From Synechococcus sp. (GTDB lineage Bacteria > Cyanobacteriota > Cyanobacteriia > Thermostichales > PCC-7336), in assembly GCA_051439605.1 (NCBI GenBank), contig JBFRWN010000044.1, positions 32,001 through 96,000 of the forward strand: a stretch of DNA of 64,000 nucleotides. Direction: 5' to 3'. Position 1 is the first letter of the stretch. Every line of letters begins with the position of its first letter. The position numbers and the translations under genes are program-made. Shown here piece by piece: positions 1-8,834 of the stretch. Under the pieces are notes generated by a model that had not been told where the DNA came from, did no database searches, and was given only the letters and a program-made list of their open reading frames with translations.

Positions 1-1334
1 ATTTTCTCGAGCGAATTCACCAGCAGTTAAGTTTAGAAGTGGATCTGATTTCTGGCCAAGAAGAAGCCCGACGGATCTATTTGGGGGTTCTGTCCGCGGT
101 ACATCTTCGGGGACAACCCCACATCATTATTGACATAGGGGGTGGCTCGACAGAACTCATTTTAGGCACGGGTGAAGAGGCACTATTTCTCCGCAGCGTA
201 AAAGTAGGTGCTGTGCGCCTAACTCGGCATTTCCTGTCTAGCAATCCACCTTCCCGCAAGGAATACAAGCAATTGCAAAGTTACATCAACGGTATGCTAG
301 AGCGGCCTGCGGAATGTATTCGCATCCTTCAACAGGGGGTCGATCCACAAGCACCCATCCGGGTGATTGGCACCTCAGGAACGATTGAGGCATTGGCTGC
401 TGTTGATGCACATATGAAAAAAGGGGCTGTCCCTGCTAGCCTTCATGGTTACAGGTTTGACTTAGATAGCTTAGGGCAGCTGGTGGAGTACATGTGGGGA
501 ATGACGTCTGCCGAGCGCAGTAAAATTCCCGGGCTGAACGAACGGAGGGCGGAAATCATACTCGCTGGAGCCGCTATCTTACATGAGACTTTAATGCTGC
601 TCGGGGCCCCGGAAATCTCCGTTTGCGAGAGGGCTTTGCGTGAAGGGCTGATAGTGAACTGGATGCTGGACCATAACTTGATTGAAAACCGGCTGCGTTT
701 TCAATCTCAGGTTCGCCGCCGGCACGTGTATCGCATGGCAAAAAAGTTCCAGGTGGATATCCCCTTTGCTGAACGGGTAGCAGACTTTGCCACCAGCTTG
801 TTCGATCAAACTCAGTCCGTGTTGCACAAATGGGGAGATCGCGAGCGAGAACTACTGTGGGCTGCCGCCTTGTTACACAACTGCGGCCATTTTGTGAGCC
901 ATTCTGCTCACCACAAACACAGCTATTACTTGATCCGCAATGGTGAACTGCTGGGGTTTACCGAAGAAGAAATCGAGGTCATTGCTAACCTAGCCAGATA
1001 TCACCGCAAATCTCCTCCCAAGAAAAAGCATGCTGGGTACCAGAATCTCTTAGATAACAACTATCGCCGCATGGTAGCCCAACTCAGTACACTGTTGCGT
1101 TTGGCCACTGCTCTTCATCGGCGTCCCACCCCAGCGATCGCATCGGTCAATTTAGAGTTTGAGACCAGAGAGAAAACTCTGCATGTAAAACTCACCCCGA
1201 TTAAACGTAATGATGATTGCAGCTTGGAGTTATGGGCACTGGACTTTAAAAAAGCAGTGTTTGAGGAACAGTTTGGTTATAAACTGTCGGCTTGTTTAGT
1301 GAAAAAGCAAGCGACGTCTTTTGTAGGCACTTGA
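1..1334 (+). CDS. ppx: Ppx/GppA family exopolyphosphatase (5' part lies outside the window)
   Basis: Frame is open from the window start. Motifs ISGQEEARRIYLG, IDIGGGSTE, GTSGTI and ALREG, plus a C-terminal HD-like domain (AALLHNCGH, HHKHSYYLI). Confidence 0.95.
   Translation, partial: FLERIHQQLSLEVDLISGQEEARRIYLGVLSAVHLRGQPHIIIDIGGGSTELILGTGEEALFLRSVKVGAVRLTRHFLSSNPPSRKEYKQLQSYINGMLERPAECIRILQQGVDPQAPIRVIGTSGTIEALAAVDAHMKKGAVPASLHGYRFDLDSLGQLVEYMWGMTSAERSKIPGLNERRAEIILAGAAILHETLMLLGAPEISVCERALREGLIVNWMLDHNLIENRLRFQSQVRRRHVYRMAKKFQVDIPFAERVADFATSLFDQTQSVLHKWGDRERELLWAAALLHNCGHFVSHSAHHKHSYYLIRNGELLGFTEEEIEVIANLARYHRKSPPKKKHAGYQNLLDNNYRRMVAQLSTLLRLATALHRRPTPAIASVNLEFETREKTLHVKLTPIKRNDDCSLELWALDFKKAVFEEQFGYKLSACLVKKQATSFVGT
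1134..1141. repeat. HIP1 octamer GCGATCGC (one example; dispersed throughout the window)
   Basis: GCGATCGC seen at 1134, 2745, 7828 and many more sites, inside and between genes. HIP1 over-representation is a hallmark of most cyanobacteria. Confidence 0.95.
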
Positions 1335-1434
1335 AGCTGAATGATAAGTCACAACACAACTGAGAAGATAATTGAGGCTGCTTCTTTCCTGTATATTTTC
1401 CCAAACTGTATGAAGGTCAATCAACGGGTGTCGG

Positions 1435-2631
1435 CTACTGTATAGTTTTATTTTCTATCGACTGCTGCCAAGCGGATTGTGCTGCTAGCCAAACTTCTTG
1501 AACAGGGACGTTGAACTTGCGAGCCAATGCTGCACAATCGCGAAATTCTGGTTGTGCATTGATGAGCTGATTGTAACGCCGGGCAATTTTCACTTGGATT
1601 GAGCCAAACCGGGTTTCAACGCGCATCATTTCTCGTTCCAGGACGGAACGCTGCTGTAACGATCGCCGAATACCGAGGGTAGTCGTTTCCTGGAACAGAA
1701 TATCTTCACAGGCGTCTGCCAGGTGAATGGGAACAATCGCAGTCACCAAAGTGGCGGGGCGATTTTGTTTCATCGTTATCGGTTGGGAGAAGACATCTAG
1801 CGCCCCGACCTCAAATAATCGTTCGTAGGTATAGGCAATTACCTGTGGGTTCAGATCGTCAATTTGGGTTTCCAAAACCGCGATTGTTTCTATTGGCTGC
1901 TCCGCTTGGCTATTACCAATCCATATCCGCAGGATATTGGGAATTGCCAGCTCTCGCGATCCCGCCCCTACCCCTACCTGCTGTACGTCCATGGCGGGGC
2001 AAGCACCAAAACTGGCAGCAAGGCTGGCAGCCAAAGCTGCCCCCGTAGGGGTGACCAATTCTGACTCGATTCCATTGCTGAAGACTGGGATGTTGTGGTC
2101 CTGCCAAAGTTGCATCACCGCTGGGACCGGTACCGGCAGCGTGCCATGGGAACCAGTCACCCAGCCCCCCCCAACAGGCTGGGGGGAGGCAATGACCCGC
2201 TCCACCTGCAGCCAATCCAAACCAATGCAGGTGCCAATAATATCCACCAAAGCGTCGACCGCCCCCACTTCGTGGAAATGAACGGTCTCTATCGATTGAC
2301 CGTGGGCGCACGCTTCCGCTTGACCTAGCGCATTAAAAACATCCAAACTGCGTTGAGCCACAGATGGAGATAGTCTCGACTCGTTGATGAGGCGCTGGAT
2401 GTCCTTTAGGTATCGGTGGGAACTTTTTTCTGTGGTGGCTTCTACGAGAACCTGCGTTGCTTTGACCCCAGCCCTTTTAACGGAGAACACCTGCAGGTCG
2501 AATTCTTCATCCAACGGCAGTTTAGATAACTCCCGCATCAGATGATCTTGTGGCACGCCACAATCGAGAAGAGCTCCAAGGCACATGTCTCCCGCAATTC
2601 CCGCAGCGCAGTCTAGATAGGCCAGTTTCAT
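1435..2631 (-). CDS. larC: Nickel pincer cofactor biosynthesis protein LarC family
   Basis: Motifs YLDCAAGIAGDM, VHFHEVGAVDALVDI, HGTLPVPVPA, ELVTPTGAA, ETQIDD and ETTTLGIR. Confidence 0.92.
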   Translation of the reverse strand: MKLAYLDCAAGIAGDMCLGALLDCGVPQDHLMRELSKLPLDEEFDLQVFSVKRAGVKATQVLVEATTEKSSHRYLKDIQRLINESRLSPSVAQRSLDVFNALGQAEACAHGQSIETVHFHEVGAVDALVDIIGTCIGLDWLQVERVIASPQPVGGGWVTGSHGTLPVPVPAVMQLWQDHNIPVFSNGIESELVTPTGAALAASLAASFGACPAMDVQQVGVGAGSRELAIPNILRIWIGNSQAEQPIETIAVLETQIDDLNPQVIAYTYERLFEVGALDVFSQPITMKQNRPATLVTAIVPIHLADACEDILFQETTTLGIRRSLQQRSVLEREMMRVETRFGSIQVKIARRYNQLINAQPEFRDCAALARKFNVPVQEVWLAAQSAWQQSIENKTIQ

Positions 2632-2854
2632 ACAAATGAATACTACAGAAGGACAGCTATCAACGACTCAGATTAGCATTCAGATAGGTCGAAGCTCTCT
2701 TGCAAGATTCGAGTCTTTGAGGAGATGGTCGCGCCGCTCTGACGGCGATCGCGCATCTCAGCAACGAGTATTCCCCTCTTGAGAGAGCGAACTGTCACTC
2801 ACTCATGTCTGCGATTTGACTGAACGGAGTCCGTTAAGACACCGAGGATTGAAC

Positions 2855-3577
2855 TTAGCCTAGATATTCAGCAATCACTACTGTAACGTTATCGCGACCA
2901 CCATTCCCCTTAGCGGCCTCAACCAGCGCGGAAGGGATACGTTCGAGCTCGCTAGATTGGGAGCAGGTTTCAGAAATTTGGCCGTCATCTAATTCTTCTG
3001 TCAGCCCGTCACTGCAGAGCAGAAGACGATCTCCTAATTCTAGTTGAATGGGTTGAACCGCCGGTGGACCGGTGTCTGGTCGGCCAAGACAGCGTTCGAG
3101 GATATGTCGATAAGGATGGAGCTTCGATTGCGCTGGGGTGAGTTCCCCCAATCGCACCGCTCTGGCAATTAGGGTGTGGTCTTCAGTCATTTGCTGAATA
3201 TCTTTCCCCCTGAGGCGATAGAGGCGAGAATCCCCAATGTGGGCACTCCAGCAATGTCCGCTTGGATCTAGCAAAGTCACTACAACCGTTGTTCCCATAT
3301 CCCCCCGTTCGGGATGTTCGCTTTGGTCCTTCAAGATAGCTGCATTGGCTGCTTCAACTGCTTGATTGAGTAATTGGGGGGCAGGAATCTTTTTCCAGGA
3401 ACTTCTCAGGACAGCCTGGATTGACTCAACAGCCAATAAGCTTGCATGAGCCCCTGCCGCATGACCTCCCATTCCATCCGCAACGATAAAAAAACGGCCG
3501 TCCGGGTCACAATAAAAGCAATCTTGATTGCTCTTTCGAACCATTCCCTGGTCGGTATGTCCCGCAAAACGCATCAC
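2855..3577 (-). CDS. PP2C-family Ser/Thr protein phosphatase (PphA/Stp1-like)
   Basis: Motifs R.SNQD, VADGMGGH, DMGTT, HIGDSR, LCSDGL and GGRDNVT. Confidence 0.95.
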   Translation of the reverse strand: MMRFAGHTDQGMVRKSNQDCFYCDPDGRFFIVADGMGGHAAGAHASLLAVESIQAVLRSSWKKIPAPQLLNQAVEAANAAILKDQSEHPERGDMGTTVVVTLLDPSGHCWSAHIGDSRLYRLRGKDIQQMTEDHTLIARAVRLGELTPAQSKLHPYRHILERCLGRPDTGPPAVQPIQLELGDRLLLCSDGLTEELDDGQISETCSQSSELERIPSALVEAAKGNGGRDNVTVVIAEYLG

Positions 3578-3622
3578 AATGGCAAATCCGATTGCACTAG
3601 CTAGTGGTGTACCAATTGAACC

Positions 3623-5362
3623 CTAGAATCGGTCAAGCTGTCGCAGCTTCAAGAGGGTTTTTCCCAGAAACCCCATCGCAACTATTGCCATTCCTGCAGC
3701 AATTCCCGCAAAAATGGTCAACTTTGCGATGGCCAACTGGGCACCGGTCACCAGAAATGCTGCAAACAGGATTGTTTGAATAATACCAACTCCGGTTATC
3801 TGAGTTTTCTGCAGCAGGCGATCGGTCTCAACTGAGCGTACCCGAACCCGGATGTCTCCTTGCTCTAAATTATCGAGAGTTTGCTCAATTCTTCGAGGGA
3901 GATTGATGCTGGTGTTGGTAAACTGAGCTGCCTGCCGACCGAGGCGATCGATTATAGTGTTAGTCTCACCGGGGCTGGTTTGGGTCATAAGTTCGGTTGT
4001 AAAGGGTTGGGCAATTTCTACAAAATTAAACTCTGGATCGAGAGCTTTGCCTAATCCTTCAAGTGTTGAGAAGGCACGCATGACAAAGGTAAACGTGGCA
4101 GGAAAACGAAACGGTTGGTTTTGGGCTAGCTCGTATAAATCATCGCTGATGGCAGCAATAGAGATTTCCTGATGCTCTCCCATTGGGCGATCGAGAAAAT
4201 TGTCGAGCATATACTGTACCGATCGCCTCACCGGAGACATATCGCTGCTAGGAACGAGCGCCCCTAGATCCACGAGTGATTCAACGACAACGGTGGCGTC
4301 TCTGGTGGCGATGCCCTGCAGGGTTACCATTAGTTTCGACTTGATGTTGGGCGCTATCTGACCCATCATGCCGAAATCGTAGAAAATCATCGTGCCATCG
4401 GGTTTGACCGCGATATTGCCGGGGTGAGGGTCAGCATGGAAGAAACCGTGCTGTAAGACCTGCCGCAGGTAGGACTCAGCCCCTAAGCGCGCTAGGTACG
4501 CGCGATCTAACCCGGCTGCGGTTAAAGAATCAAAATCGCTAATCTTTATACCGGGCACATACTCCAATGTCAGAATTCGCGGAGAGCTGTAGCGCCAATA
4601 CACTTTGGGTACAACAACATTGGGTACTTCGCGAAAATTTCGGCGAAAAGCATCGGCGTTTCTACCCTCGGTAAGGTAATCCACCTCTTCCCACAGGGTG
4701 CGGCGGCATTCTTCGTAGATGCCGACCCAATCGCGGCCACCCTTGCCCCACTTTGTCCTGTATTGGAAAAACTCGGCAATACCCCGCAAAATGTCGAGGT
4801 CTATAGAAAACAGGCGGTTCAGACCGGGACGCTGTACCTTGACAACGATTTCTTCTCCAGACAGTAACTGGGCGCGATGAACTTGACCGAGGCTTGCAGC
4901 GGCTATAGGGGTGGGATCGAGATAGGCATAGACCTCTTCGATATGGCGTCCCAGCTCCCTTTCGATAATGTCAACAACCTTTTCGTAATCAAAGGCCGGG
5001 ACTTTATCTTGCAGCTCTGATAATTCTTCGATGTACTCGGTGGGGAACAAATCGGCTCGTGTCGAGAACATCTGGCCCGCTTTAATAAACGTGGGCCCCA
5101 ACTCCAAGAGAGTTTCTCGAATCCATATTGCTCGGAGACGACGTCGCTGGGATAACTGCTCGTCGCTAGGGGAAGCAGAAGAACCGTAACTCCAGTTCTT
5201 TTTATCCACCCAGTTGTTATAAACCATCATGAAGACGAAGCGCCAAATGTCAATCAGGCGCCCTCGACGGCTGTAGTTATTGCGTGCCCATCGATAGGAA
5301 TCGTAAGGCTTGGCCGTTCGATTGCCAGAGGGAGGTTTCAAGGGGAGACGAATGGCGGTCAA
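3623..5362 (-). CDS. AarF/ABC1/UbiB family atypical protein kinase
   Basis: Motifs LGPTFIKAGQ, PIAAASLGQVHRA, VVKVQRP, FFHADPHPGN and YDFGMM, with a C-terminal transmembrane pair. Confidence 0.95.
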   Translation of the reverse strand: MTAIRLPLKPPSGNRTAKPYDSYRWARNNYSRRGRLIDIWRFVFMMVYNNWVDKKNWSYGSSASPSDEQLSQRRRLRAIWIRETLLELGPTFIKAGQMFSTRADLFPTEYIEELSELQDKVPAFDYEKVVDIIERELGRHIEEVYAYLDPTPIAAASLGQVHRAQLLSGEEIVVKVQRPGLNRLFSIDLDILRGIAEFFQYRTKWGKGGRDWVGIYEECRRTLWEEVDYLTEGRNADAFRRNFREVPNVVVPKVYWRYSSPRILTLEYVPGIKISDFDSLTAAGLDRAYLARLGAESYLRQVLQHGFFHADPHPGNIAVKPDGTMIFYDFGMMGQIAPNIKSKLMVTLQGIATRDATVVVESLVDLGALVPSSDMSPVRRSVQYMLDNFLDRPMGEHQEISIAAISDDLYELAQNQPFRFPATFTFVMRAFSTLEGLGKALDPEFNFVEIAQPFTTELMTQTSPGETNTIIDRLGRQAAQFTNTSINLPRRIEQTLDNLEQGDIRVRVRSVETDRLLQKTQITGVGIIQTILFAAFLVTGAQLAIAKLTIFAGIAAGMAIVAMGFLGKTLLKLRQLDRF

Positions 5363-5697
5363 GCGGACTCACTCCGATATTTCTGCAATTGAGAACGAAG
5401 TTCGGCCACCTCTGCCCTGAGGTCGTCCAGAGTTGCCTGTAGGTCTGAGGGTTGAGTCGAAAAGTTGGTGCCAGCGCCAGAGGTACTTTCTCCCCCTACA
5501 TCGCCTGCCGCATGCGCTTCTTCAGCAGCTGCCCTTGCAGCGACATCCTGACCAAATTCTTCCCATTGCTTTTGGGCTTCAGCGAAGTTCTTGCCAATTT
5601 CTCCGGCGATATCGGTCACTACTGCCTCAGCTTTTTCTGCCAGTAGGTTCGCTGTGGCTCGTCCGATAAAAAATGCGCGGGTTAGCGGATTCGACAT
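5359..5697 (-). CDS. Small conserved cyanobacterial protein with C-terminal coiled coil, coupled to the ABC1 kinase gene
   Basis: Reads MSNPLTRAFFIGRA...DLQATLDDLRAEVAELRSQLQKYR. Its stop overlaps the kinase ATG (ATGA, 5359-5362). I moved the start to the ATG at 5697. Confidence 0.8.
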   Translation of the reverse strand: MSNPLTRAFFIGRATANLLAEKAEAVVTDIAGEIGKNFAEAQKQWEEFGQDVAARAAAEEAHAAGDVGGESTSGAGTNFSTQPSDLQATLDDLRAEVAELRSQLQKYRSESA

Positions 5698-5807
5698 ATA
5701 AAGCGCTCTGCATCCAACACTTAACAAACTATAACAAACGTAGGACTTAGGCAGTTTGACTTTGATATCGATCGGACCCCGTATAACTTTGCGACTCATT
5801 AAAACAA

Positions 5808-5833
5808 CGACAGAGGCACATGTGCCTCTGTCG
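5808..5833 (-). terminator. Intrinsic terminator of the repeat-protein gene
   Basis: Perfect 26-bp palindrome CGACAGAGGCACA/TGTGCCTCTGTCG, followed on the minus strand by TTGTTTT, 55 nt after the stop at 5889. Confidence 0.8.
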
Positions 5834-5888
5834 AGAGGGATAGACTGAAGAACTTCAGGCGAACAAGCAGAAGTTCGTAGTCCAGATA

Positions 5889-6248
5889 CTAAGCAACCGC
5901 TTCGTCACTCTGCACAGACAACAAACCACCCGGGACGTAGGTGGCAGCAATCTTGAGGCCACTGGACATTATGGGGCGGTTCCCCATAAAGGTTGCCACG
6001 ATGTTATGACCGCTGGCCATCACAGGGCGATTGTTCATGAATGTGCCCGAAACCTCGTGGGTACTTGCTTGGATGGGGCGACCGTTAAGGTAGGTTGAAG
6101 CCACCTGAAGTCCACTAGCGATAATGGGACGGTTGCCCATGAACGTAGATACAATGTTTAAACTGGCAGGTGCAGTGGGACGAAGACCGAGTGCTCCGCC
6201 ACGTTCGTAGATTGCCAAGCCAGAATTTGTTTCACCTCTAGTGGTCAT
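5889..6248 (-). CDS. Hypothetical small protein made of five 17-aa tandem repeats (xRPIxxSxxxVxxTFMG)
   Basis: ATG at 6248 is preceded by TAAGGAGG, the protein-level repeat is clear, and a terminator follows. Confidence 0.85.
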   Translation of the reverse strand: MTTRGETNSGLAIYERGGALGLRPTAPASLNIVSTFMGNRPIIASGLQVASTYLNGRPIQASTHEVSGTFMNNRPVMASGHNIVATFMGNRPIMSSGLKIAATYVPGGLLSVQSDEAVA

Positions 6249-6771
6249 GGTCGGAACTCCCTCCTTAATAAGTGGAATCAAAACTGCGAGCGGTCAACTC
6301 TTTTTCTCTAGGTCTGATGGCTACAGGATTAGCAGGCACGATTCACGTTTGTGAGGCATCAGCAGACCTAATTAAGTATGCAGCAGGATCGAGGAATTGC
6401 TTCTTAGAAACAGCAATTTAGCTGCAACACCACGTTTCACAGTAACTTAATGGCGTCCCGCATTCAAATATGAACTGTCTTGGTGGTAGGCTGTTTTTTT
6501 GGATTGGGGCAAGCCACTCGAAGGTGTCCTGCCAAGTGTGAAAGTGAATGTCAATGTCTCTGGATGTGAACGTACTGGCGGGAAAACTTGCGCCTTAGCT
6601 CAGGAAGCTTACAGAGATACAACAGGCAGTCATCAGACTGGCGGCGAATGAACCAGAAGCGACTCAAAGATGTGAGTTCGTTTTTCAACTCCCACGGCGC
6701 AATTGACTCCTAAGTGGCGTTCGCCTGTAGAGTAGCCTTGTTCGTGGATAGCACCCTTATGGGGGACAAAT

Positions 6772-7500
6772 ATGGTTGATGCGCAGCTATTGTACGAAGG
6801 CAAAGCAAAACAAATTTATGCCACTGAGACAGAAGGGGTATTGCTTACTCGATACAAGGACGATGCCACTGCATTTAATGCCCAGAAGAGAGGACAAATC
6901 GCCGGTAAAGGGGCCGTAAACTGTACTGTGGCCACGCTGCTGTTTAAATACCTGCAGAAGAACGGTATCGTGACGCATTTTGTCGAACAGCTATCCCCCA
7001 TAGAGATGACGGTCAGGGCTGTAACCATTGTGCCGCTGGAAGTAGTGGTTCGAAATCGGGCGGCGGGTAGCCTATGTAAGCGTCTAGGAGTGGCGCGGGG
7101 CAAAGAGCTTACCCCACCGCTGGTGGAGTTTTACTACAAAGATGATGACTTGGGGGATCCGCTGGTGACCACCGATCACGTCGCAGTTTTGCAACTGGCC
7201 ACTCCCGACCAACTAGCAATTCTGCGATCGCAAGCAGTTGAAATCGATCGCCTTCTGCAATCCTTTTTCCTAAAATGTGGGTTAGAGCTGATTGACTTCA
7301 AGCTGGAATTTGGTACTTTGCCTGATGGTTCGATTATTCTGGCGGATGAAATCAGCCCAGACACCTGTCGGCTCTGGAATGTTGGGGACGAGCGGGTGTT
7401 GGACAAAGACCTATTTCGCTTCGATCTGGGTGACCCTGTGGCGGGCTATCAAGAGGTCCTGCAGAGGGTTCAGGCAGCTGCAAACGAACTGGGGTTGTAA
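6772..7500 (+). CDS. purC: Phosphoribosylaminoimidazole-succinocarboxamide (SAICAR) synthase
   Basis: Motifs LYEGKAK, KDDATAFNAQK, PLEVVVRN, IDFKLEFG and LADEISPDTCRLW. Confidence 0.98.
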   Translation: MVDAQLLYEGKAKQIYATETEGVLLTRYKDDATAFNAQKRGQIAGKGAVNCTVATLLFKYLQKNGIVTHFVEQLSPIEMTVRAVTIVPLEVVVRNRAAGSLCKRLGVARGKELTPPLVEFYYKDDDLGDPLVTTDHVAVLQLATPDQLAILRSQAVEIDRLLQSFFLKCGLELIDFKLEFGTLPDGSIILADEISPDTCRLWNVGDERVLDKDLFRFDLGDPVAGYQEVLQRVQAAANELGL

Positions 7501-7631
7501 CCTGGGAGCAGTGCTGTTCTCTCCCCCATTTAAGCTAAAAGCTCTGTGGACAATATGTTGTGGGTTAATAGCAATTGCAGGTTCTAAGATGGGACTATCA
7601 CTTCCACTCATCTCTTACGTTTTGAATCGCT

Positions 7632-7979
7632 ATGGCTCTCCCCGGTCTCGGCCACGTTGCTGTCAAAGTAGCAGATATTCCCCAAGCACTGGAGTTTTAC
7701 AAAAAGCTCGGCATGACGGTGGTTTGGGAAGATAGCGATTGGGCCTATGTCAAGGTTGGAGAGGATGGCCTAGCCCTTCTGGGACCAGGCTATAAAGCTG
7801 CTGGGCCACATTTTGGGTTTGTATTTCGCGATCGCGACGAATTGCAAGCTGAGCACCAACGGATTACGGATCTGGGTGTAAAGCTGGGTGCCATTCACGA
7901 TCACCGGGATGGTACTGCTTCTTGCTATGGCAAAGATTTGGATGGAAATCTATTCGAGCTCCTGTACGAGCCGGCATAA
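7632..7979 (+). CDS. VOC/glyoxalase family protein
   Basis: LGHVAVKVADI...FY..LG, HFGF and DLDGNLFEL pattern. Confidence 0.88.
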   Translation: MALPGLGHVAVKVADIPQALEFYKKLGMTVVWEDSDWAYVKVGEDGLALLGPGYKAAGPHFGFVFRDRDELQAEHQRITDLGVKLGAIHDHRDGTASCYGKDLDGNLFELLYEPA

Positions 7980-8101
7980 CTGGCTTAACTTGCAGGGTGC
8001 TGCTACATCTTTTTCAAGAGCCTGCAACGGAAAGGGAGCTTGCGATAGTTTTCAGACCGCTGCTGACGCCCAAACGTGAAATGGTCACAGCAGACACAAA
8101 C

Positions 8102-8731
8102 CTAGCTGTTAGTGGTGGGTCGCTTGTCGGATGGCAACAGAATGCGCTTCTCGATCACGGAATCGATTAAGCCATACTCTTTCGCCTCAACTGGAGACAT
8201 AAAGAAGTCGCGATCGGTATCTTTTTCGATTTTTTCTAACGGCTGACCGGTACGCTCCGCCATGATTTCGTTCAACTGCTTCTTGACAAACAGTGTTTCC
8301 CGCGCCTGAATCTCCACATCAGTTGCCTGCCCCTGTGCTCCACCCAAGGGCTGGTGAATCATAATCCGCGCATTGGGTAGCGCCATCCGCTTTCCCGGTG
8401 CACCTGCACTCAACAGGAATGCCCCCATACTGGCCGCCAAGCCCATACAAACCGTGCATACATCCGGCTGCACGTGTTCCATCGTGTCGAAAATCCCCAA
8501 TCCTGCATATACCGAACCACCGGGGCTATTGATATACATATAGATATCTTTCTCTGGGTCTTCTGCTTCCAGGAAAAGCATTTGGGCGATCGCCAGATTC
8601 GCCACCTCGTCGTCTATTCCTTTGCCCAAGAAGATAATGCGATCGCGCAATAGGCGCGAATAGATGTCAAATGCTTTCTCCCCACGATTGGACTCTTCAA
8701 TGACGGTGGGAATGGCATTAATGATAGACAT
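8102..8731 (-). CDS. clpP: ATP-dependent Clp protease proteolytic subunit
   Basis: Motifs [29 protein letters not shown] (catalytic Ser), MIHQP (His) and DTDRD. Confidence 0.98.
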   Translation of the reverse strand: MSIINAIPTVIEESNRGEKAFDIYSRLLRDRIIFLGKGIDDEVANLAIAQMLFLEAEDPEKDIYMYINSPGGSVYAGLGIFDTMEHVQPDVCTVCMGLAASMGAFLLSAGAPGKRMALPNARIMIHQPLGGAQGQATDVEIQARETLFVKKQLNEIMAERTGQPLEKIEKDTDRDFFMSPVEAKEYGLIDSVIEKRILLPSDKRPTTNS

Positions 8732-8772
8732 GAGGAATCAATCCGGTCAAAAAGTGCAAAACCAACATGAAA

Positions 8773-8795
8773 GCTGGCAAGAGGCTCTTACCAGC
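8773..8795 (-). terminator. Probable intrinsic terminator after the MscS-TM-type gene
   Basis: Minus-strand stem GCTGGTAAGA/TCTTGCCAGC followed by TTTC, about 40 nt after the stop at 8835. Confidence 0.55.
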
Positions 8796-8834
8796 ATGAC
8801 ACAATGATTCGTAGAAGGGGAACTGATGTAAGAA

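Noticed and set aside
6548..6598. 16-codon ORF MSMSLDVNVLAGKLAP with an open frame continuing past its TAG
   Set aside because: No RBS and no recognisable homology, so there is not enough support for a gene or pseudogene.
6636..6727. ZMP/ZTP (pfl) riboswitch-like words upstream of purC: GACTGGCGG (6636), GAAGC (6656) and CGTTCGCCTG (6718)
   Set aside because: The P2 stem (GUGG...CCAC) and the P3 closing stem (GCC...GGGC) are missing. It is probably chance, although an Infernal search with the pfl model would settle it.
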